A stretch of DNA of 58,034 nt from Trichoplax adhaerens (lineage: Eukaryota > Animalia > Placozoa). Below, one piece after another: positions 32,231 to 43,760 of the stretch. The notes below the pieces were generated by a model. It saw only the letters and a program-made list of their open reading frames with translations, was not told where the DNA came from and made no database searches. A program made the translations under genes and the position numbers. Every line of letters starts with the position of its first letter. Positions within the stretch are counted from its first letter, which is position 1. The stretch spans positions 1 through 58,034 of the forward strand of contig NW_002060986.1 in NCBI RefSeq assembly GCF_000150275.1. Reading direction: 5' to 3'.

Positions 32231-35200
32231 TCACAGAATTGAAATTAAGTATTCAACTGCTCTTTCATTTGATCCGGTAAAAGCGATATTAGCGATATTT
32301 TCACCTAGAAGATTGAAATATTAAGAAAAGAAATGCTGAGTATAAAATTAGCTTTTTAATCCAGTTGATCATATAGGCTAAAAACGCTTTTGTACTAAGG
32401 GGAAGGTTAATAATCATCTGCAGATGTTCTAGAACCCTCATATTATATAAGAACTCTTCACCGACTCTAATGTAAGTAATAGCTTTAGTACAGCCAAATT
32501 TGATAGTGTAAGATTTCTTAAACTTGCAGCTAATTAAGAACGCTATTTGCTTTCAAGGTATTTGAAAATTGCTACTTAAACAGTAGATCACTACGGTAGT
32601 ACCTGATTGATTGATGGTCGTTTCGCATTATCTTGACGTAGGCAATGATTGCTAATTCTGAGAATCTTCTTCGGTGTATTTCTTGGCCAAAATATCTTGT
32701 GATCTTGTGAAAGTTTACTATTTGCATTTTTACAGTGACTGTAATAATCTCTCTGTAATAGGTCAAGATAAATTATCCAGTTTTTAAAAGAACTTGATCA
32801 TCTCTAAAACTAATCAGTGGTAACCATTTACAAGTAATGCCATCAATACTGCAGATTAACATTACAGAGAATCATACTCATCGTTATTAGTGATACAATT
32901 GAAATCGTCAAAGGCTATACATAGGACATGTGGCTTTCATATTCAACCACTAAAATATTGTAATGGCATTATCATGTTTAAATTTGTATAAATACGACAC
33001 ATTTGATCCTTCAATACTTACCAAGAAGTGAAAATCAGGTAATGGTCTTAAACTAGGCAATCCAGAAACAATTTCTAATAGAATCTTATTGAAAAAAATG
33101 TCAAGTAATAATGTCATAACTGAACTGTAATAAGCTACATAAATGTCTACGGATGCTAAGATAATATCATCTTTATGCTACTGCAATAACATCAAAGCTT
33201 AAGGCTGAAATAGCTTTTTCACCCTAATGCTTACTTGAGCTATTATATGCGCATAATTAATTAACTTACCACCCCAAAACTATAGACATCATATTGGGGA
33301 TTCATTTTAGCTAAGTTAACTTCTGGTGGCCGATATGCCAGCCATCGATGTAGTGCCGCCGTAGATATGGGATCACAATTATTATTGGCTAATATTTCTG
33401 CTAAGCCAAAATCACTGACTTTAGCATTGAACCTTGCATCAATTAAGATATTGCTACTTTTTAAATTTCGATGAATTAATGGTTTATCATAGAATTCGTG
33501 TAAAAATTGGATTCCTTTCGCTGCTCCAACGGCTATTTTCAACCTTAAATCGTAAGTTAGAGGCATGAAACCACCCTAAAATTGCCTCACATAAAAATAA
33601 ACATAACGAAATCCACCTTCAACAATGGAACAAATTTAATTTTAAGGTTCTATTGCCAGCTAGATGATTTATAAACGTGGAGGAAATTGATTCCATTTTG
33701 CTAGACACACGATACGCTTGCTTAATGACTATCTAATCTAATCTAATAAGTATCACAATAAATCTAGATCGACCACTGTCCTTTAGCTGCCAATAAATAA
33801 TTCACACAAAAGTTATGGAAAGTTTGCATATTCCAGCACTTTAACAGTTAATAAGTGATATGACCTTAGTCTAACATACCCCGCCAGCTAGCCGATCTTG
33901 TAAACTTCCCAAAACAGCATACTCGATAATCAAACATAATCTGCCGTCTAAATTTACTACATCGAATAACTGGAGAAGATTTTCATGTTGGTATCTAGAC
34001 CAAGTTTAAAAATGATTAGAAATAAGGTCAACCGTTTTGTTAATTTAGGTCAACATGCAACGGTATAGTCTTTAATATTTACATAAATTTCTACATTTTT
34101 ACCGTGATAATGCAGTAATATCTGCTATTTTTGGCTGCTCAATCTAATGTTCATACGTTTTTGTAAAATAGTTAGTAAATAATTATTGTAAATATGGTAT
34201 CACATTGAAAAATATTATTCAAGTTGCAACCGAAGAAGGAATTAAGCATTTGAAATAAAAACTAGTCATTACAAACGGATAAACCTCACTGACTGGACGA
34301 TGTAGCCTCTTCATCGCAACTTCTCCAAATTTTAATACATAAGCTTTATATACTTCCCCAAACCCCCCAGAACCGATAACGCGAGATTGATGAAAATTTT
34401 GAGTAGCTTCAACAACAACCTAAACCAAAATAGAGCCACTGATAAAATTACCACTTTAAAATCATCTTAACGTTGGCGAATATTTAAGATACCAGGTAAG
34501 ATACGATAAACACTACATTTAATGAAACTAAGCAATACATTTCAGCGTTCCAGAGTACAGTATATTATAATGTTCGCACAGATTGGAGTTGCAAATATTG
34601 CTAAAGATGAATAAGTTAGTATCTCCTAAGAAGATAATTTTTGAGATTCACTGAATATACCTGTTGAATTCTAAGCCTTTTATTGATCAATCTGAATACT
34701 AAGTAGCTATTTAAATTCTAGGCATTTTATATGTTCCCTTATTATTTGCATTATGCATTTACTTTATGGAATACAACTTGAAGAAAAGTAGAATACTAAA
34801 GAGATTTCTGAGCAACTTGAGTGCGATAAATTTTAAAGTATGCCAGCATTTAGCTGACAGATCACCCCGACAAATTTAATATGCTTATGTCAATAAGATG
34901 CAGTGCTAAAGACCAGGTATAAAACACCATAGATAAAGTGTTACTCGATTTTGAAACATTTTCAATTGATTAGATGAGAGGCTATCGAATGGGTAATAGG
35001 TAGCTATGTTACAACCTTAAAACTAATATTAATCATTTGCTATTAAGTTGCATCAGGAAGTAGTGTTATGAGGGAATTCAATAGTTTAAAATTAAAATAT
35101 AATTGCCCAAGTCTTCCATACTCAGTTTAAGTCTAACTTATTATCAGCTCTTCGCATTTGCAATATCAATTAGTAATATATGAAGTTACTTTTATAAGCT

Positions 35201-35717
35201 TTCTCATCACAATAACATTAAATAAAATGTAGATAATTAAAGCAGTATTAAGTAAAGACGTACTACATTGAAACCTAGCATGACAATGTACAATTTCTGC
35301 AGCGATTTACCTGAGACTGTGATAAATCCTGATTCTTAAAATTATATAGCCTAGTCGTCTTAGTGAGAGAATTAAAAATAAGGTATATGTTACGCCTATG
35401 AAATTGATTGTGTTCTTTTTATAATTCCTATATGGTTTTATGATATCAGACAGTAACTTTAGTTCGACTAAATTGTCAGACTAGGCACTATTTGATTCAT
35501 ATGAAGTACTCGTAACTTTTTACGCCCTAAGAAAAATGAATCAATTAATAAGCTTTTCTAACCTCGTCAACGGAATCCTTCACAGTAATGATGGAGAAGA
35601 AGGGAGTCCGAAATGATAATATAAAAACTATAGTTAAATGTGATTTATAAAAATTTATCGGTTAAACAATATGTTTATAAGTATTACCGTAGCTTCAGAG
35701 CACTGGCAATTTCCCAT
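32231..35717 (-). CDS. IRAK/Pelle-family protein kinase, probable pseudokinase, with a putative N-terminal myristoylation/palmitoylation motif
   Basis: Exons read: 34285-34419 VVVEATQNFHQSRVIGSGGFGEVYKAYVLKFGEVAMKRLH; IEQPKIADITALSR; YQHENLLQLF...LCLIIEYAVLGSLQDRL; LTYDLRLKIAVGAAKGIQFLH...IHRNLKSSNILIDARFNAKVSDFGLA...DVYSFGV; ILLEIVSG; HCLRQDNAKRPSINQ. Putative exon 1 at 35688-35717 reads MGNCQCSEAT. The kinase domain is secure; the termini are less certain. Confidence 0.85.
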
Positions 35718-37663
35718 GATGGTTTAGATTTCGTAATGTGTAAAAATCTTGTACAGAGAGCATTGGCTAAACCAAAGCAAAATTTTTGAAACACTAAATA
35801 ATAATCAAAACCTTATAGAAAATCTCTATCAATAGTCTATTCGTTACCCAAAAGCCATAAATCACCTTTAAAGATGTGAGACAGCAACATAAACTCTGCA
35901 TTTATTGACCAGACATAGTCACGAGTTCAAAGGTATAAATAAAATTGTTATAAAAATAAATAAAGTAACCATTTATATTCGTGTTTTTTAGTAACCATAT
36001 TATGCTTAGAGTAAAGTTTGTAATCTTGTAAAATGGTAAATCATTTTTGGGTTAATAGAATTTCTCGCTGATATTAAGTAAGAGAGTTCAAACTATCTCT
36101 ATCATATACAATCAGAGCTTCAGCTTAATTTATTGGTAACGATTTCCGATTATCGCGGGCAGAGATAAATTGTATAAAATATTGAATATCTCTATTCAGG
36201 ATCATTCCATAAAACTGATTAAACCCGCTCTGGTGATACTTTACGTACTGCAACGTACATTTTACTCTACAATTATTGGATTGAATATACAATCAGTATA
36301 CCCTGAATAAAGCGTAACCACCATTAAACTAGTGCACGCTGTCTAGTTAGATATCAACTTCTATTAGCCAAATTAGAACAATAAATATTTTAATAGGGTA
36401 AAATTCCGGATTCATAGATCCGAATGTTTAGTTGATTAGCAGTAGCACGACTAAATTTTGTTTAGTAATCAAGTTATTATGTCCATTGCAATAGATAAAT
36501 AGTCCCAAATGAATGAAACGAGCTATATCTAAATGAGATTTAATGAAGCCTATAAAATTAAAGCAAAGACATTTTGGGAGAGTGATAACTTTTTACAAGC
36601 AGTTTACATGTGATTTAATTTGCCTGATTTCACTTGTTGAACCAAATTGATTCTATGGTAAATATCTAGTGTATTTTGCTATCCTCTTTAGTGCAGCACT
36701 ACGTTGTATGAATTTTATGATCATACGATACAAATACCAATCTTGTACTCAATGTCATTATAAAGGCATAAAAAGAACCTTTAGCGATCTATATCCAATA
36801 GCTACAATAGTGTCTCATTCTAACCAGAGATGCCAGAATAAAATGGCCTAATAAGCGTACATACAGTATTTCTTAAATTTGCTAATTACTGAACAGAATA
36901 AGAAGAAAACTGCCTTAGACCTACGTTCTGTAAGTATCACGCTACAACATGAACTTATGTAAATAATAGTTCGAGATAACTCTTTTAAGCTATTGCCAGT
37001 GTGCTACAGTCCAGTAACTATCGTATTATTAAATGCAACTTATACACATATAGTATAAGCTCATGGCGCCCTACTTTTAACTTACTAAAACACATGCATA
37101 TATGTGATAATGCAAGAATATTTGCAGTAATACTATTTACGTCATTGTCATTTTATAATTTATCTGATCGCAAAAAATACGATTATGTATTTCTTTTAGC
37201 TTTTTGGGGGATACAGGAGCCAATACTATTTCCAAATATTCTCGTTATCAGAATACTAGCCCAAGGCAATTACGTAGTCCATAACATTTTGACTACTAAA
37301 AACAGACCAACGAATTTGTAACTCGTCACTGAATGAGCCAAATAAGGACTTAACCACTCAAATTATTAAGCAATTTTTGCCAGACATTCAAAATAAAGTT
37401 AACGATACCTTAATATAGGTGGAAATGTGATTGTGAGAAAGAAAGGAAAATTGTTCGTTGTTTACGATATGAATATTTTTAGCCTAGTGTATTTCAGTCC
37501 AACTTAATAGGATAGCTTTAAGAGCGCAGTATTAAAACGATTGAGATTGATGTTCATTCTCAAAATCAATTTTCACACCAGGAGTGACAGTTTGTCAGAC
37601 TGTTTTAAGCTCTAATCATTGACAGTAGCTATCGTCTATAGTTCACTACTAACTTTTCGAGTC

Positions 37664-39094
37664 ATGTTTAAAATGAGCGAAAACTGGCAAGTATTATTTC
37701 TCTGCATATTGCTTTGCTTTGGCACCGGAGCTAGGACGGTAAGTTGCTGTGCTTCTAAAATGGAAAATTTTAGGATATATTACAGCAGTCAAATCAAATT
37801 CTAGTTACATACAACTTATCGAATTCACTATACTTTATCGCAACAACTCGAAATTGTACTTCGCTACTTCTATCGTTTACAGTTAAGCTTATCTTGATAG
37901 CAACATCGATTCCAACTGACTATATAATTCAGACTTGACTATGTATTTATTACCTAGAGAATATTTTCTCAATTGCTTTTCAGACCGATTCGATTATATA
38001 ATTATTGGTGCTACAGTTTTCCTTTCTTTTTTTGAAGCACTTTGATTGCTTCCAGAATTACACTAACTTGAGTAGAGTGAAAAAGCTAATTGCTAAAAGA
38101 TTATTCCTTTAAAATTGCATTGATGCATTATTTTTCGATGCCAAAGCAAATAGTTAACTGTTAAAATGTTGATTTATATTTGCTCAACCTGATATTATCT
38201 ATGTTTTGCATTTAAAGACGCTTAATAATTTTAATTAAATCGATCAGAACATATAAGTGATTTGATGTAGTCTATGTGTTTATTTCTCAGCAAGAAAATA
38301 CGACTGTTTTATATGCTATGGAAAGGTCAAGATGTGTGGAATTCGAATTGAGACACTCTACATTGAACCTTGGATCGAAATCTATCAGTCTGTATGCTGC
38401 TTCGCAATCTCAATTATTGTTCGACGAAATTGTTGGATTAGCCGTTGATGCTATCACACTTAATGAAACCTCTAGTTGCGGCAACGACATACGCAAATTA
38501 ATTGTCGATTTATTGTATCCCACTTGCTCCTCAAAGCCAGCTCAGCTAAAGTATCAACCAAGTCAATGTTTAGCTAACAATCCTAAATGTAGGCAAGTAA
38601 TACAGCAATCTAACTTTGCTTTCCTTCTAGAAATTTGCCATAACAAGCAAAATACTACAGTTTATCAGAATTCTACTACGTGCAATATTCAATTAACAAC
38701 ATTATGCAAGCCATTATATCAACAAAATATGAGAATGCCAACTTATATGGCTGAATTAGCTTTACTTGGATTAAGAATTTATCAGCGTGGTTTGCAAAAA
38801 TTTAATAGTTTAACTAATGAGCAGCCACAAGCAAAAGATTATCAATTTTACTGTTTACATCTTCCATTATGTAATCTCAATAACAACAGCGATAATTTAT
38901 GGTTCCAACGTTATTCTATCCTTCCAAATCAACAAGATCGGATAGTGAACATGCTGCAACCAATTGCAGTACCCTCTAATACTGTGTTTACGAGACAAGG
39001 TACGTTATTGCTTTCCAATACTGGAAGACGCAATGATTACATTTTAAGGCCAATATTAATGTCTATCTTGATAACACTATCGCTTTATATTTAA
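37664..39094 (+). CDS. Secreted, probably GPI-anchored, cysteine-rich glycoprotein with degenerate Frizzled-CRD-like repeats (2 exons)
   Basis: Exon 1 (37664-37738) encodes a signal peptide MFKMSENWQVLFLCILLCFGTGART with a GTAAG donor. It joins in phase 0 to exon 2 (38291-39094). Several NxS/T sequons and a hydrophobic C-terminus ILRPILMSILITLSLYI with no cytoplasmic tail. The Fz similarity is by eye only. Confidence 0.72.
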
Positions 39095-40787
39095 AAAAGA
39101 TAGCATCAAGATTTACAACATACCGGTACGTATGTTGTGCCTTTGCAAATTATAGAAAATTTGTTGCTGGAATTATATCGCACGCAATAGAAGATTTTCA
39201 CTTTTACCTTTTAAGTATAATTAAAATTCGCATTGTCTAGCTCTTTCGAGCCTTTTATAATTGTAAATAACTTTACACAGTGGCAACAGTTTAGATTATG
39301 ATTTGCTCATGATTGCGTTTATCGTAATGCTATGCATATATCAGATGGTTATACCAAGATAATTCAATGTCGGAAGTATATAAGAAATGAATGACTATGC
39401 TATATGAAGTTTATGTTTTATACAGAACATAAAGGAAAATTACTTTTCTCCCTGCTAATTTCCCAGTATGACTATAAGAGCAAAGTAAATTTCAATCTGA
39501 TAATATAGATGCATCTTAGGTTAGAGGCGTTCAAATTCTCAATACTGAATTTCAGTTTTAATCCATTTTGATATTAGATTTTTTTAAAATCATAATAATA
39601 AAATTGAAACTTTTTGCTGACCTTAATTTATTAATCCTTGTACTACTTGGCCTATGTAGAGATTGATAAAAATTTCATATTTGCAATGAATAGTAAAAAT
39701 ATGCATGAAGTTATACAAGAACCAATAGACGTGTCTTTTCTCGTATCTTTCCTAGTTCATTTTCGATACACTTCATTCTATTATAGTTAGTTGAAATGGT
39801 CTTACACAATAAATTTCCTCATCGATTTACGATGAGATCATACTTGAATGGTTTTAAAAGTTTATACAGTATAATTCAATGCTAAGGAGTAAATAAAAAC
39901 TGTTTTTATTACGATATCATACTGTACCATCGATATGCCAATAAAAGCACATAAACTACCTTAACCCGACACTTGCTGTCTAATCCGACTCTGCAACAGA
40001 TTAAATCCTGCAAAGTAAGACCCTATTAATCAAGCTTTATATTTATACAGTACTGCGCCTTACACGACGCTATACTGAGTACATCTCATAATTGATTTCC
40101 AAATACAATATAGTACTGCAGATCATCTACTACTATATAGTACAATATACAGTTGCCTAAAGTAATCACTTTCAGCTCATTATTGCTAATAAAAGAGAGA
40201 GAAAAGTGCGCACTATACGCTTCTTATTGCACAAGCATATTACTACACTATGATTATATACTGTACAAAAATTATAAAATTATGTTACTTAGTCTACACC
40301 AAGGCAAGTTTGCAATTTCAATATGATTTCATTTATTGATGAAGTTATACATTACAGGTGAACCGCTATGTGTATGTATTAAATATAATATGCCAAGCGT
40401 AATGAGCGTAAGTCTTCAAGTATAGATAGCAAGATGGCTATATCTTCATAGTGTGAAAGTATTAGTATTTAAATATTGTCTTACATCATGAACTCTAATG
40501 ATATAATAATACGAATGTAATAGTAAATGAGAAGTCATTCTTACGGAAAACTGAACTCATCTACATGAGATTGCTTAATTAAATAAGATAACGAAATACA
40601 ACATATAGGCTCTATAGATCGTTCACCTATACAAAATACAAATTTAAAAATGCTATAGCTAAATGTTTAAAAGATATTGCTACATTTAAGCACATGGATA
40701 AGTGATTTTTACAACTAATCTTGCATCCTTTCGTAGTTTAGTCACCATTTCCATCGCAACTATAAATGATATAGATTGTAGTCGCTT

Positions 40788-43760
40788 TTATGGCCGTTCG
40801 GTTAGTGTTATCTTAACTGCCTTATCAGGTGTTAACGTTGCCCTTTTTATCATTCCTGTATCGTCCAAGTTATTGCAGCCAATGACAAATTTTTGAGACA
40901 ACTGAAAAAAAGAACATAGAGCGTGTTATACCTCTATCAACTAGAATATAAATTTGATTTCATTCAGTTATTAACTATCATAGGCAATAGGCCTGTTCAT
41001 ATTAGATCTGATAACAACGTCAATCTATAATAAATAATAATTTTAGTTAACTATTTTTCGAGATGCGGCCCACTTTAGCTAATAAGAGGTGCATTTCTAA
41101 CTCTGCGATTCGTCTCCCAATACGCATACGTGGACCAAACCCAAATGGTAAGAATTTGAATCCAGCTCTTGGGATATTGTCATCTTCATCTTTCAACCAA
41201 CGCTCGGGTTTAAATTCTTCTGGTTCAGGAAAATACTCCTCATTGCGAAATAATTCATACAAATTAAGGATTATCGGAGTCTATACAAGGAAAGAAGGCA
41301 ATTATGACTATTTGTGCTTATTTAACCAAGTCAATTCTACTTATTTCTAGAAAATTTTTAGCAGATATTTTCACAATTGCATTAGACTACTATGATGTAG
41401 AGATCAGAAAATTTTCTCACGTTGGCAGGAACTTGATAACCAAGGATAACTACGTCTTCCTTTGCTTGTCTGATCAGATTAAAGATAACTGGATAAAGCC
41501 TAAAAGTATTAATAATATCCCCATAGTCATAGCACTTTTTAATAAAACCAATTGGATTTGAACGCTGACAATGTGTATAGCATTATATAAGAAATCATTT
41601 ATTGAACTATTAATAACTATAGTACGGTACCCTTTATCCTTTTTATGTACCTTACCGCATAGCTTCCTTGATGCAGGCGCTTAAATAAGGAGCGTTATGC
41701 ACCGTCTCAGAATCTGGATCTTCGCCATCTTTTGAAATACTTTTAATTTCTTTGTGCAATTTTTCCTGCTTTCCAGGGTATTTAGATAGCAGAATTAAAG
41801 TCCAAGTTATCGTATTTGCTGTCTAGTTTTAAAACACGAGCAAGTAACTTACGATATGATTCTAATACTGTAGATTATTCCTATACAACGTCAAATTATT
41901 TAGTTTCAATGTCCTTATAGCATATAAAACATCTCAAGAAGCTATTAAGTCATTGACTGTCAGTTATGAGCAGTTTTGACCATAAAATAGGCCATGGTAA
42001 CAATATTAATCTATGTCAATTTACTGTATCAGAGGCCCCAAGCATTAACTCGATAAGAGTAGTATTTAATCTTTCATCTGATAGATTACTTCTTTGGATT
42101 ATATCTGTTAAGAAATCCACTTTATCATCTTCTTTCAATGCTGGTAAGGATTTTAATTCCTCTTGTCGTTCACGAATGATCTCCATGCCAATCTCAAACA
42201 TAGTATCCCATTGACTGCAAAATCTTTTCCAATATTTTGTCTTCAAATATTTGTAATACGGGGGTAGCATAAATAGCGGTGAAGTCATTTCCATCATATT
42301 AACGACGGCATTGTAAAATAATTCCCCGCGTTACTTAGATGGATCATCGAAGCAACCAATTCGTTTATCAAAAATTATGCTCAGCACAGCTAGAAAGATA
42401 GAAAACATATATCAACGAAATTGTATTATGCTCAAATTGCATTTATTAATATTGATATCATTTTAGTAAGTATCAACGTTACTGAAAAGGGCAAGCAAAT
42501 GTGTAAAGAGTAAAAATTCTCGGATTATATTAGTGCACATACGTATGTATGAAGATATTGTTTAAGGATTTAAAACAGATCACCTCGAATTTATATTGTA
42601 TCTAGTTGTTTACTATGGCAGTTTTTGAAGCCAACTGTGATTCATATCTTTACTATACATTAAAATTTAGCCATCAGTACACGTTAAGGATTATAACTGT
42701 ATGCATACTTTTCTAGCGATCATCTGAAAGTCTGGCTTTCAAACCCATTAATCTCATTTTCGACACCGTCTTTGCCACGTAGCTGTAATAAATAAGAGAT
42801 AGAATCATCGATTACTTTATTCATGATCTTTGAGTAACCTTGAAGCATCTTTTATCTACGGCACTACGTGTCTCTTTCCAGTCTTCTTCATTACTATGGA
42901 AAACATTGATATTAAAATTATTTTAGATTCGGTTATCGTAAAGTATTTAGAGTAACAGTTTCCATTGCAGTCCTTTCATTCTGAATAAAAAGACTTAAGA
43001 CCGAAGTAGATAATGACGATGCAAATAATTCTTGTTAGCAGATAGTCAGCTAGCGCTTGTTATTCATAAATTGATGCTTCTGTAGATGTACGTTATCAAC
43101 AGTAAGTAAATATCCTTCAAAGTTTAGTTCATGGAATCTGGCAGTAAGTCATAGTTATGTTGCAATATCTCAATGAATTAGTGATCAATACTATATATGC
43201 TAAGTAAAACAAAAATGCATGGATTTTGCTCTGTAAAGCAATGTTGTAGCTGTTAACTTAATGCACTATCTGTCATTCACTGGCTGTACAATTCATACCT
43301 CAAGTTATAAACCTTACCCTAATATAATACCCAATGGCAAATTACATTCACTTCGATAATACAGCCAAGGGTAGACGTCCATCCTTCTCGGGTACTTGCC
43401 TTCAGCGCGAAACATCGATTCTGCTGCTTTTGGATCCGCTGTCATGACTAACGTCAAGCCACCGTTCGTTGTTTTGAAAATCGGTCCTAAGCTTTTAAAG
43501 ATCGGAGAAGCACTAATATGATTTTGCTCAGTAAGCAATTTATGGTCACGCATTAAGAAGAGAATTTGACTAAACAGTGATTGATCCGGTTGAGGTAGTT
43601 GATCGAAAGGTTTAATATTTTCATCTACATTCTGTCGAGTCGATGTGGTCGATTGATTGCGAAAGTAACTTAACATGCCTAAACTAGTTGTTCGGTACTG
43701 TGGAATGCCATAGAAACGATAACGGTTAGGGAACAGCCCAATTCGATTAAATGGAGTCAT
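40788..43760 (-). pseudogene. Mitochondrial-clan cytochrome P450 (CYP24/27/49-like), apparently disabled
   Basis: About 7 exons with KPFDQLPQP, FRAEGKYPRR, I-helix GASDT|TANT, K-helix IKEAMR, PEEFKPERW and FLPFGFGPRMRIG. The heme Cys codon is CGT (41122-41124). Exon 2 has a frameshift near 42850 and an in-frame TGA at 42720-42722. Confidence 0.85.

Noticed and set aside
42720-42722. TGA in the P450 as selenocysteine or readthrough
   Set aside because: It sits at a conserved Trp position and is accompanied by a frameshift and loss of the heme Cys.
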